Shown here piece after piece: positions 32,834-41,915 of a stretch of DNA of 64,000 nt. The DNA is taken from positions 292,600 through 356,599 of the forward strand of contig CAVTRY010000021.1 in assembly GCA_963737265.1 (NCBI GenBank). The letters run 5' to 3'. The notes beneath the pieces were generated by a model. The model was not told the DNA's origin. It did not search any database and saw only the letters and a program-made list of their open reading frames with translations. The DNA is from an uncultured delta proteobacterium. GTDB taxonomy: Bacteria; Myxococcota_A; Polyangia; Fen-1088. Position 1 is the first letter of the stretch, and every line of letters starts with the position of its first letter. The position numbers and the translations under genes are program-made.

Positions 32834-33532
32834 TCAGCCGGCGCGAAACTGAAAATCGCGCTGGCGCACCACGGTTTCGTCCTCGAGATCGACGAGAAAC
32901 GCGGTTCCCTCGCCCACCATGCCGTTGAACGAACGCAGGTACCAAACGTCGACGCCCCAGCGGCCATGACCGCTTTCGCTTGGCGGACACCACTCGGCCG
33001 CTTCCAAATCGCCAAGCTCTGGCGGGCGGGCGCGGGTTTCGCTTGCGACTTCCTTGAACGCGTGTGAAGCACGCACGATTTGCTCGGCCTTGCGCGCCGC
33101 TTTGGCCTCGATCTCGCGGCGCCATTCGCTGACCAGACGGAAGGGCTTCAGATCGCCGTCGATGGGGCCTTCGGCTTCGTAAACCTCGTCGGCGGCGAGC
33201 CCGGCGAAATCCGAGACGTCGAATTCAGGGAAAAGATCCTCCCTGGCAATTTGCGCTAGCCGGTCTTCATAGGAACTTTCGCCCAGGGTCTTTCCCTGCG
33301 ACGTATAGAATCCATAAAACCGAACGACGCAGTCCCGCGACGGGATGCGGTGATCCCAATCGAGCACCCACAAGGCGGCCTTGTACGACTTGCCCTTGAA
33401 GGGGAGAAACACCGGCAGCGCCGCGGCGATCTTTTGCACGTCGGCCGGGTTTCCGAAAAGGCTCTGCGCCACGACGCGCGGATGAATCTTGACCCCGCGT
33501 TTTAGTTCTTCTCGAAGATCCAGGTCGGCCAT
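32834..33532 (-). CDS. Hypothetical protein
   Basis: 232-aa ORF with protein-like composition downstream of murA; no recognised motif. Confidence 0.65.
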   Translation of the reverse strand: MADLDLREELKRGVKIHPRVVAQSLFGNPADVQKIAAALPVFLPFKGKSYKAALWVLDWDHRIPSRDCVVRFYGFYTSQGKTLGESSYEDRLAQIAREDLFPEFDVSDFAGLAADEVYEAEGPIDGDLKPFRLVSEWRREIEAKAARKAEQIVRASHAFKEVASETRARPPELGDLEAAEWCPPSESGHGRWGVDVWYLRSFNGMVGEGTAFLVDLEDETVVRQRDFQFRAG

Positions 33533-33598
33533 GGGGGAAACGCTAGGTTAGCCGGGAATGGGTCCGATCGCACAATTCTTCGTCGGACGAAGCTTGCT

Positions 33599-34855
33599 TC
33601 AGAGCTCGCCCTTGACGCGACGAATGTCGGCGCCGAGCGCGCGCAGCTTACGTTCCAAATGATCGTAGCCGCGGTCGAGGTGATAGACGCGCAGCACTTC
33701 GGTGGTTCCCTCGGCGATGAGGCCGGCGAGAACCAGGCAGGCCGAGGCGCGCAGATCGGTGGCCATGACCTTGGCACCTTTCAGCCTGGTCGGGCCGCGC
33801 ACGACAGCAATGTGGCCATCGATGACGATGTCCGCGCCCATGCGCATCAGCTCGGGCACGTGCATAAAGCGGTTTTCGAAGATGTTTTCCGAGAGCACAG
33901 ACTGCCCCTTGGCCCGCGCCATCAGCACCATGAACTGGGCCTGCATGTCGGTGGGGAATCCCGGGTACGGCCGCGTGGCAATGTCGGTGGGTTTGATGTC
34001 GCCGCGGCCGACCACGCGCACCCCGCCTTCTTCGATGCTGACCTCTGCGCCGGCGACGCGCAGCTTGGCGATGACCGCGTCCAAATGTTCCGGCATGCAG
34101 TCGCGAATCAGCACGTTGCCGCGCGTGATGGCCGCCGCGACCATGAGCGTGCCGGCCTCCACGCGATCCGGGATGATGGCGTGGTCGAGCGGCTGCAGCT
34201 CGTCCACGCCCTCGATGGTCACGAGCGATGTTCCCGCGCCGCGCACGCGCGCACCCATTTTGTTGAGGACACGCGCCATCTCCTCCACCTCGGGCTCGCA
34301 GGCGGCATTTTCCAAAGTGGTGCGGCCCTGGGCCAGGGACGCCGCCATCATCAAGTTCTCGGTGCCGGTCACCGTCACCACATCGAACACGATGGTGGCC
34401 CCATGCAGCCGGCGCGCTTTGGCGGTGACGAGGCCGTGTTCCAGCTCGATGCGCGCACCCATGGCGGCCAGACCCTTGAGGTGCTGGTCGATGGGCCGCG
34501 CCCCGATGGCACAACCGCCCGGCAGTGACACACGCGCTTCGCCGTAGCGACCGACCAGCGGCCCGAGCACGAGCGCCGAGGCGCGCATGGTCTTCACGAG
34601 CTCGTAGGGCGCCTCGAAATTGGTGACGTGCGAGGTGTCGACCACCGTGGTCCCGTCGCCTTGCACCTTGGCGCCGAGCTGACCAAGCAGCTTCCTCATG
34701 GTGACCACGTCGCCCAGGCCGGGCACGTTGCGATAGGTCGACTGGCCCTTGGCCAGCAGCGCCGACGCGAGGATGGGCAGGGCCGCGTTCTTCGCCCCTG
34801 AAACGCACACCTCGCCGTGCAGTTTCCTGCCGCCTTTGACGACGATCTTATACAT
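33599..34855 (-). CDS. murA: UDP-N-acetylglucosamine 1-carboxyvinyltransferase
   Basis: [22 protein letters not shown] (catalytic Cys), [24 protein letters not shown]. Confidence 0.97.
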   Translation of the reverse strand: MYKIVVKGGRKLHGEVCVSGAKNAALPILASALLAKGQSTYRNVPGLGDVVTMRKLLGQLGAKVQGDGTTVVDTSHVTNFEAPYELVKTMRASALVLGPLVGRYGEARVSLPGGCAIGARPIDQHLKGLAAMGARIELEHGLVTAKARRLHGATIVFDVVTVTGTENLMMAASLAQGRTTLENAACEPEVEEMARVLNKMGARVRGAGTSLVTIEGVDELQPLDHAIIPDRVEAGTLMVAAAITRGNVLIRDCMPEHLDAVIAKLRVAGAEVSIEEGGVRVVGRGDIKPTDIATRPYPGFPTDMQAQFMVLMARAKGQSVLSENIFENRFMHVPELMRMGADIVIDGHIAVVRGPTRLKGAKVMATDLRASACLVLAGLIAEGTTEVLRVYHLDRGYDHLERKLRALGADIRRVKGEL

Positions 34856-34911
34856 GGCGCTGCGCCGGCGGCACGCGGCTGCCGCCTATCCAAATCGACC
34901 CGTGGCCGGGG

Positions 34912-35190
34912 CTAGGCCGCGGGAGCGGCGCCTTCAGGGGTGGCGCCCTTCTTGTGTTCCGCGCAGACCCCGCCAGCGACGGCCGGCTTGCGGCAGCCTT
35001 CCTTGCTGCACGTGTTGTAGCGATGCTTCGCCCCGAGCTTGCCCCGCCGCCAGCTCATGTAGTGCTTGCGGCAGTAGCCCTTGGCGCGCACGGGCTGTTT
35101 GCACTTCTCCGCACAGCACTTCTCGCCGCCCTCGGCGGCGGGTGCGGTCTTGGCGGGCTTCTTCGTGGCGGTCGCTTGTTCGTCGGCCAT
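34912..35190 (-). CDS. Small basic protein with two CxxxxC-x9-CxxH repeats (myxobacterial vegetative-protein-like)
   Basis: [19 protein letters not shown] and [19 protein letters not shown]; AAAGGA upstream. Confidence 0.7.
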   Translation of the reverse strand: MADEQATATKKPAKTAPAAEGGEKCCAEKCKQPVRAKGYCRKHYMSWRRGKLGAKHRYNTCSKEGCRKPAVAGGVCAEHKKGATPEGAAPAA

Positions 35191-35454
35191 CTGGTCAGGA
35201 TCCTTTCACGTACGGTCGCATGGGAAGCGGACGGCTTTGCCGGACGCGGACCATTGCGGGAGGGTTTGGGATCCCTGCCAGGGTTCCCATATCGAAGGTG
35301 GAGAATGGATACCTTGGGCTGCGGAGTCAAGCTGAACTAGCGTCGTTACCCTGCCAGCTGCATCGTTCCCCAGCAGGACGTGCGAGTTTTGGATGACGTG
35401 CGTAGGTGTAGGTAGTATAGGTTAGAGCCTATTTAGCCCTGTTCGGGAGGATCC

Positions 35455-35583
35455 ATGCAGATTCAGATTCCTGTCGACCTCAATCGTCGATTCCTTCGTC
35501 CACCTAATGCGACTACGGCAAGGCAGTCCCTGGACACACCTCGCGAAGGCAACTTCGCAACGCGCGGGGGAATGGTCGGATGA
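35455..35583 (+). CDS. Putative 42-aa small ORF coupled to the downstream gene
   Basis: GGGAGG 4 nt before ATG; MQIQIPVDLNRRFLRPP...GMVG; TGA overlaps the ATG at 35580. Confidence 0.35.
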   Translation: MQIQIPVDLNRRFLRPPNATTARQSLDTPREGNFATRGGMVG

Positions 35584-36332
35584 CAGATCCGATAGGTGCT
35601 GGAGCAACGGGTCAGACGCGCGCCAAGACCGAGGAGGTGCATTTCTACCCTGGATCCAAGATCATGGTGTACCTGGAGGACAACAAGGTGAAGGCGATAG
35701 CCGAAGCCTGGGGCGGACCGCGAACCAAACAGGCGCGCAGGCCAGACGAAAAAATGGCGGCCGAGCCAACCGCCGCCGGTCAGTTCGTCATTGATGGTTT
35801 GGAGACGTACAGAACCGACTCGTGGCAAATGTCCAAGATCGCCTGGGGCACGCCCATCCGAGGAAGCCGAATCGATACGAGGAGGATCGAGTACTTGTCA
35901 TCGTCCGGCAAATGGCGACCTTCGACTATCATGATCGACGAGAAGGTCGAGGTCCGGGTTCCGAATGGTGGAAGCAAGATCAAGACAAGAAGGAGGCTGC
36001 TGACTACCGCGGACGTCCAGTGGCTGAACAAATTTCTTCGCGGATCTCGCGACTTTCCAGACACCTGGCTGTTCAGCGACTTTGGTCCCGTCGCTGTCCG
36101 CTATTACTACGACAGGAACAGGAATCGCAGGCGCGATGCCAACGAGCCGCTTTCGGGAGAAATGATTCACACCACTCAAGTTAACGAGGGCGAATCGTAC
36201 AGATTCAACGACTCGAGTCAGGTTCATCTGTACGACTCCCACGGGTGCATCCACATCAAACCCATCGATCGACAGAAATTCCTCGACGCAGGGGCGTTCC
36301 GGAAGGGGATGAGTCTGATCATCCATTCGTAA
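35580..36332 (+). CDS. L,D-transpeptidase (YkuD)-like catalytic-domain protein, putative T6SS effector
   Basis: MIHTT...DSHGCIHI motif; PTAAGQFVI; no signal peptide; upstream of vgrG. Confidence 0.65.
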   Translation: MTDPIGAGATGQTRAKTEEVHFYPGSKIMVYLEDNKVKAIAEAWGGPRTKQARRPDEKMAAEPTAAGQFVIDGLETYRTDSWQMSKIAWGTPIRGSRIDTRRIEYLSSSGKWRPSTIMIDEKVEVRVPNGGSKIKTRRRLLTTADVQWLNKFLRGSRDFPDTWLFSDFGPVAVRYYYDRNRNRRRDANEPLSGEMIHTTQVNEGESYRFNDSSQVHLYDSHGCIHIKPIDRQKFLDAGAFRKGMSLIIHS

Positions 36333-36362
36333 TAACGAGCTCTTCGACCCAGATAAGTACAA

Positions 36363-37436
36363 GTGAATGCGATGATCTGGCTCCAGATATTCCTGCTTCT
36401 CGTCGCGGATCTCTCTGCGCCGCCTGGTGCAAGGTGCGCGCTTGAGAAACCTGCGCTATCCTGGAATGACCCTGACACATGGAATAATCGGCCGTTGAGC
36501 CTTCGTGCTCTGCACGACGGTTGGCTGGGTCTGGCAGCCGCGGACGGAAGGGTTCAGTTTCGTTCCCCGACAGGAGAATGGTCAGCGGTCCGTCGGCTCC
36601 CTGTGGATGTGGTGCTTAGAGTAGCAAGCACTGGGCCTGGCCTCCTCGTGGCGGGGGCGGTGCTCCAAGTCAAGGGATTTGCGGTGTTTCTGGTTGGCGC
36701 CGATGGCCGCATCAAGGAGACCTGGCAAGTGCAGGATGACCCAGTTCTTGTCCACTCACTTGTAGCCTGGAAGGACACGTACTGGGCCACCGTTTCCGGC
36801 GGGTGGTGGACGCACCCTTCTCCGGACAGCCCCTTGGAGTTTCTCCCTGGTGGCAAGGTCGTGCGGCATGCAGACGTCCCAAAGACCGAGGTAGATGGCC
36901 ACATGGTCGCGCCGTGGAACGCCGCCCTTTACTTCGGCCCAGACGGGGAAAGGGTCTATTGTGTCCAGTCCGAGTGTGAGCATGACGGGCCTTGCCACTA
37001 TGGCTTTTGCTACCGCAAGGACAGCATTAGCTGGCGTGAATGGGGACACTGGTGGTACCAGCCGGTCTCCTGCGGCGACTACTTGCTAGAGCAGGAGTTC
37101 GTCGTCCCTGACAATCATCTCAGCTTTCCCCGGAACCGTACCATCGTCCGTCGGATTTCGGACGGCACGAAGGTCGCCACGGTTCGGACTGGCGCGGACG
37201 ACGATATCGTCTGCGCGGGCCCGGACGAGTTTCTTCTGAATAGTGGCAAATCAGTCACCAGCCTCAGCCTCCCGAGCGGCCGTCGACGCTGGTCGGTGCC
37301 AGTGCCCGCACACGCGGGGAATGTCGCGGAAGCCGCCCGCGCTGGCACATGCACGATTGCCATCACTGATCGCGGCGCCATCATGAGCATTTGCCCAGGC
37401 GTGGGTGATAAAATGGTAACAACAATAACGAGGTAG
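36363..37436 (+). CDS. Secreted beta-rich (propeller-like) protein, putative periplasmic immunity
   Basis: Signal peptide; multiple Cys; SLPSGRRRWS PQQ-like end; follows the LDT-like gene. Confidence 0.6.
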   Translation: MNAMIWLQIFLLLVADLSAPPGARCALEKPALSWNDPDTWNNRPLSLRALHDGWLGLAAADGRVQFRSPTGEWSAVRRLPVDVVLRVASTGPGLLVAGAVLQVKGFAVFLVGADGRIKETWQVQDDPVLVHSLVAWKDTYWATVSGGWWTHPSPDSPLEFLPGGKVVRHADVPKTEVDGHMVAPWNAALYFGPDGERVYCVQSECEHDGPCHYGFCYRKDSISWREWGHWWYQPVSCGDYLLEQEFVVPDNHLSFPRNRTIVRRISDGTKVATVRTGADDDIVCAGPDEFLLNSGKSVTSLSLPSGRRRWSVPVPAHAGNVAEAARAGTCTIAITDRGAIMSICPGVGDKMVTTITR

Positions 37437-37438
37437 TC

Positions 37439-39691
37439 ATGGACCTTAAGAAAGACATGTGGATCACCGTAACTTTCGCAAAGGCGCCGGGCGTATTTTC
37501 CGTCCGCAGCATTTCGGGCGGCGAGGAGCTGGGGTCGCTCTACGAATATCACGTCGAGCTGTTCACCACGCTGCCCGGGCTCGACATAAGGTCGTTCCTG
37601 GCGGAGCCCATGACCATCCACCTCGATCTTGGGAATGGCGAATTTCGCCATCTGAGCGGCGTGGTTTCCAAGATCCGGCGCGGTGAAACGGACTTCGAGG
37701 GAGATACCTACCACGTGACGCTTCGGCCTGAGCAGCACAAGTTGAGCTACCGTCACAACTGCCGCATCTTTCAGAATGTGAGCGTAGTTGAAGCTCTAAG
37801 TACGATCTTCGAAGAGCACGGTCTTCGTGCAGTACGAAAATTGTTGTACGAGGAATACCGCAAGTGGGACTACCTGACACAGTACCGGGAGTCAGATTTC
37901 GAATTCATCAGGAGGATTCTGGCGCTCGAAGGAATCTATTTCTATTTCGACCACCTCGCCGATGGCCACCAAATGGTTCTGGCCGATTCGATCAGCTCGC
38001 ATGACGAGCGCCCCGGTTTCGGAACCCTTCCGCTTTGTACGTCATGGCAGCCACTGGACAGACCGGACTTCCTGACCTGGTGGAGCCAAAGCTACGAGCT
38101 CGCGACTCAAGAAGTCTCCCTAAGGGATTTCGATTTTCGCCATTATGGTACCGCTGCCGTGCTGAAGGGAATGAGGGACACCGGCTCGGCGGAGGACGCG
38201 AAGGCGGAACGCTACGAATACCCGGGCGTTTTCGCTCTTCACGAAAACGAAAACATCGCTTCCGAGGTAGATAAGATTCTCAGCACCGAGAAGTCTGAAG
38301 GCGAACGGCTCGCATCCGTCCGATTGGAAGAGAAGCAGAGCAAGGTCGAATGCTATGAGGCAGAGGGCAATGCTCGGTGCCTTCAGGTAGGCTGTCTGTT
38401 CGCCGTAACCAGAGATACATCGCTCGCTATGCGGCAGTTCGTGGTCGTCTCTACCGAGGTGACGTTTCGAAACCCAGTGAGGCTTGGCGTGGGGAACGCC
38501 CCAACCAGCGACCGAAGCCACGTTAAGCTGACCGCGATGGACAGCAAAACGCAGTTTCGCATGCCGCGCCTCGAAAAACCGGTCGTGTTTGGCGCCCAAA
38601 CCGCCCGAGTGGTTGGCGGAAAAGACGACGAAATCATGACCGACAAATACGGCCGGATAAAGGTGAAGTTCCACTGGGATCGCAGGGAAGAGTCCGAGGA
38701 CGACAAGACGTTCGGAAAGTACACCGAGGAGAACAGCTCCTGTTGGGTGCGAGTGATGCACCCGTGGGCTGGTACCAACTGGGGCTTCATCCATATCCCG
38801 CGGGTGGGCCAGGAGGTGGTCGTGCAGTTCATGGACGGCGATCCGGACCGCCCCCTGGTCACCGGCAGCGTCTACAACGCCAGGAACATGCCGCCCTACG
38901 CGCTGACCGACCACATGACCCAGTCGGGCATCAAGAGCCGAAGCACCAAGGGCGGCAACGAAAACAACTTCAACGAGATCCGCTTCGAAGATCTCAACGG
39001 CAAGGAAGAGCTGCACATCCAGGCCGAGCGGGACGAATCGACGCTGGTCAAGCGCAACCAGTCGACGTCCGTGGGCGTGGATCGCAGCGTAAGCGTGGGC
39101 GGCAATCACTCGGTCAGCGTGACCGGCACGCAGAGCACGACGGTCACCAAGGACGAGACCCAGACCTACAAGGCCAATCGGACCATGAAGGTCACGGGCA
39201 AGAACGACGACGAAATCACCGACACGCACACGGCAAACTACAAGAACACCCGAACCGAGACGGTCAAGGCGCCCGACACGCTGACCGTGAACGGCGGCGA
39301 CAAGGTCGTCACCGTGCACGGCAAGTACGACAACACCGTCGACACCGAGTTCAAGGTCACGAAAGCGGGAACCTCGCTCACCATCACCGACGACTGCGTG
39401 CTGGATGCCACGGGCAAGATGGACTTCCACAACCCGGGCACCAGCGTGGTCGGCCAGGGCACCAAGCTCGCGCTCAGCGGCAACAGCGAAGTGACCATCA
39501 CCTGTGGCTCGGCTTCCATTTCGCTTAAGAGCGACGGCACCATAGAAATCAAGGGCCAGACGGTCAAGATCGGCAACGCCAGCAACAACGCGGCCTTCGA
39601 GCCCGCGGGAACCACCGTCAACGGGGTCAAGATCACCTCCGCTGCGGTGGGGATGCACGAGATCAGCGGGGCGCTCATCAAGGTCGGCTAG
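37439..39691 (+). CDS. vgrG: Type VI secretion spike protein VgrG
   Basis: QYRESDFEFIRR, GAQTARVVG, TDKYGRIKVKFHW, IPRVGQEVVVQFMDGDPDRP, NEIRFED; gp5-like C-terminal beta repeats. Confidence 0.95.
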   Translation: MDLKKDMWITVTFAKAPGVFSVRSISGGEELGSLYEYHVELFTTLPGLDIRSFLAEPMTIHLDLGNGEFRHLSGVVSKIRRGETDFEGDTYHVTLRPEQHKLSYRHNCRIFQNVSVVEALSTIFEEHGLRAVRKLLYEEYRKWDYLTQYRESDFEFIRRILALEGIYFYFDHLADGHQMVLADSISSHDERPGFGTLPLCTSWQPLDRPDFLTWWSQSYELATQEVSLRDFDFRHYGTAAVLKGMRDTGSAEDAKAERYEYPGVFALHENENIASEVDKILSTEKSEGERLASVRLEEKQSKVECYEAEGNARCLQVGCLFAVTRDTSLAMRQFVVVSTEVTFRNPVRLGVGNAPTSDRSHVKLTAMDSKTQFRMPRLEKPVVFGAQTARVVGGKDDEIMTDKYGRIKVKFHWDRREESEDDKTFGKYTEENSSCWVRVMHPWAGTNWGFIHIPRVGQEVVVQFMDGDPDRPLVTGSVYNARNMPPYALTDHMTQSGIKSRSTKGGNENNFNEIRFEDLNGKEELHIQAERDESTLVKRNQSTSVGVDRSVSVGGNHSVSVTGTQSTTVTKDETQTYKANRTMKVTGKNDDEITDTHTANYKNTRTETVKAPDTLTVNGGDKVVTVHGKYDNTVDTEFKVTKAGTSLTITDDCVLDATGKMDFHNPGTSVVGQGTKLALSGNSEVTITCGSASISLKSDGTIEIKGQTVKIGNASNNAAFEPAGTTVNGVKITSAAVGMHEISGALIKVG

Positions 39692-39693
39692 CC

Positions 39694-40959
39694 GTGCACA
39701 AGCTGTTCGAACAGATGCGCACTCGGGTCGAGACCTTTCTGGGCCAGCGACGTGCGATCCTGCTGGTGGTCCGTGCGGGCCCGGCGGAGTACTTGCCGCT
39801 GGTGTCCACCCTGGACGGCATCGAGCAGGGCGATTCGCCCGATGCCTTCTGGACCTTCATGGATCCGTTCGAAAACCCCGCCCAGTACGTGAAGGCGGTG
39901 GTCAAGTCCTTCCGGGTGCGCTACGTGGTGCTGGCGCCCGAGCTGCAGAAGGCCGGGTTCGCCGTGCCCAGCGCGCTGCCGCCGGAGATCACCGATACCC
40001 GCCGCCCGGGCGTGGAGCGGCTGCGCGAGCTCCTGCTGTTCGCCCGCTCGCTTATCGACGACGTGGAGACCTCGCACCTGGTGGTGGGCCTCTTGCCGTC
40101 GAAGATCGCCAAGCCGCTGGAATTCGCCCAACTGGTGCTGGCCCTGGCGGCGCACCAGATGCCCGAGCCGTGGTGTCACCACATGCGCATCGTCGTTCGC
40201 GAAGAGCCGCCGCACGCACTGCTTTCCGACCAGGGCCAGGCCCAGGGCCAGAGAACGGCCGGCGTCGAATTTTACGCCCCAGACATGGGCCCCAAGGCCG
40301 TCGAGGCGGCGCTGGAGGAAGAGGCCTACGACCCTGGCCTTCCCCTGCCCCAGCGCATGCAATCGTTGCTGTTGTCCGCCGGCATGGATCTCGCCTATCA
40401 GCGGTATCCAGCAGCCAGTCAGAAATACGCGCTGCTGGCCAAATACCACGGCGCGCTCGGGCCGCGCCCGCTCCACGCCCTCAGCCTGAACGGAATCGGC
40501 GAGGTGTTTGATCGATCGGGGAACAAGAAACAGGCGCAGCACTACTTTGAACAGGCGCTGGTGCCAGCCTGCCAGGCGGAGGATCCCCCGTCGCTGATCA
40601 TCGTCACGGGAAATCTGGCCAATCTGCACCGGCTGAATGGGAGCTGGGCCAACGCCTTCGGCTACTACGTCGGGCTGTCCACGCTGGCCCATGCGGTGGA
40701 CAATTGCGAGCTGCAACTGCGCTGTTATGAACAGATGGGCTTCTGCAAGCACAAGATGGGGGACGTCAAGGGCGCCTGGGAGCACTGGAACGCTGGCATT
40801 GCCCTGGCTCGCAAGGTCGAGTCGAAAGAGCACCTCCTCGATTGTCTGGAGCGCATCCATGGGCTCTACAAGGAAGCCCGCCTGAGCGCCCGCCAGAAAG
40901 AGATCGAGCCGGAGATCGCCGCGCTGAAACGTCAGGGCGTGAGGCCGTATCCAGCATGA
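39694..40959 (+). CDS. Hypothetical protein with C-terminal TPR-like helices
   Basis: GTG 2 nt after the vgrG stop; LNGIGEVF...AQHYFEQAL and YEQMGFC...AWEHWNAG helical repeats. Confidence 0.75.
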   Translation: MHKLFEQMRTRVETFLGQRRAILLVVRAGPAEYLPLVSTLDGIEQGDSPDAFWTFMDPFENPAQYVKAVVKSFRVRYVVLAPELQKAGFAVPSALPPEITDTRRPGVERLRELLLFARSLIDDVETSHLVVGLLPSKIAKPLEFAQLVLALAAHQMPEPWCHHMRIVVREEPPHALLSDQGQAQGQRTAGVEFYAPDMGPKAVEAALEEEAYDPGLPLPQRMQSLLLSAGMDLAYQRYPAASQKYALLAKYHGALGPRPLHALSLNGIGEVFDRSGNKKQAQHYFEQALVPACQAEDPPSLIIVTGNLANLHRLNGSWANAFGYYVGLSTLAHAVDNCELQLRCYEQMGFCKHKMGDVKGAWEHWNAGIALARKVESKEHLLDCLERIHGLYKEARLSARQKEIEPEIAALKRQGVRPYPA

Positions 40960-41915
40960 GCACGTCCTACGTCACTTCGGGCATCACCGCGCTTAGCCAG
41001 ACGGTGGATTCCACCATCGCGTCCACGCAGAAGTCAGTGGACGCTGCCGCAGATGTGGTCACGAGTCCATCCAAGATTCTTGCCGATCCGATTGGGGCCG
41101 TGCAAAAGGTCTCCGGCGCCATCGATGCGGTCAAGGGGCTGCCAGAGAAGCTGTACACCAACCTGGTGGAAACCGGCGTCGCGGTGGCGACCAACGCCAT
41201 CGCGGCGATGCTGCCGGCCTTCCCAGCGGCGCAGTTGGGCTCGCTCTACGTCGGCGCCCCGCACGCGCACGCCCATCCCCCGTCTCTCATTCCGCCGGCG
41301 CCGCCGGTGCCCCTGCCCAGCATGGGTGCCATCACCCTCGGAACCTGCGTGCGCGTCTTAGTGGGCGGCATGCCGGCAGCGCGCGTGGGCGATCTGGGCA
41401 TGGCGCCCACCTGCGGCGGCCTGGCGCCCTATTTCACAGTGTTCCTGGGTTCGTCCAAGGTCTTCTTCGGCGGCGCGCGGGCCGCGCGCATGACCGACAT
41501 GTGCGCCGTGTGCTCGCCCGGCTCGCCCCGCTCGATGAGCGTGTTGTCGCTGGCCTTGGCCGCCAAGAGCGCGATCGACGACATGGCCGCTGCCGACGAG
41601 ACCGCGCAAACCGATGCCGCCATGGGGGCAGCCCAGGCCCTCGGCGCGGCCATGTCCGCCGCCCAGACCGCGGCCGACGCCATCGCCGCCGTGATGACCT
41701 CGCTCATGGGCTCGGATCCGGCCATCCCCCCCAAGCTGCCAGGTTTCATCATGCTGGGCGCGCCCACCGTCCTCGTTGCCGGCGTTCCCGTCCCAGCGAC
41801 GGATGCCATCGCCAAGTGGCTCAAGAACAAGCTCAAGGGCCTCGCCTCCAAGGCCAGGAAAGGCGCCGGAAAAGTGCTCGCAAAATTGGGCGGAGGCGGC
41901 GGGTGTCCCGGATGA
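40956..41915 (+). CDS. PAAR-domain protein
   Basis: PHAHAHPP, VLVGGMPAARVGD, GSSKVFFGGARAARMTD, GAPTVLVAG. Confidence 0.85.
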   Translation: MSTSYVTSGITALSQTVDSTIASTQKSVDAAADVVTSPSKILADPIGAVQKVSGAIDAVKGLPEKLYTNLVETGVAVATNAIAAMLPAFPAAQLGSLYVGAPHAHAHPPSLIPPAPPVPLPSMGAITLGTCVRVLVGGMPAARVGDLGMAPTCGGLAPYFTVFLGSSKVFFGGARAARMTDMCAVCSPGSPRSMSVLSLALAAKSAIDDMAAADETAQTDAAMGAAQALGAAMSAAQTAADAIAAVMTSLMGSDPAIPPKLPGFIMLGAPTVLVAGVPVPATDAIAKWLKNKLKGLASKARKGAGKVLAKLGGGGGCPG

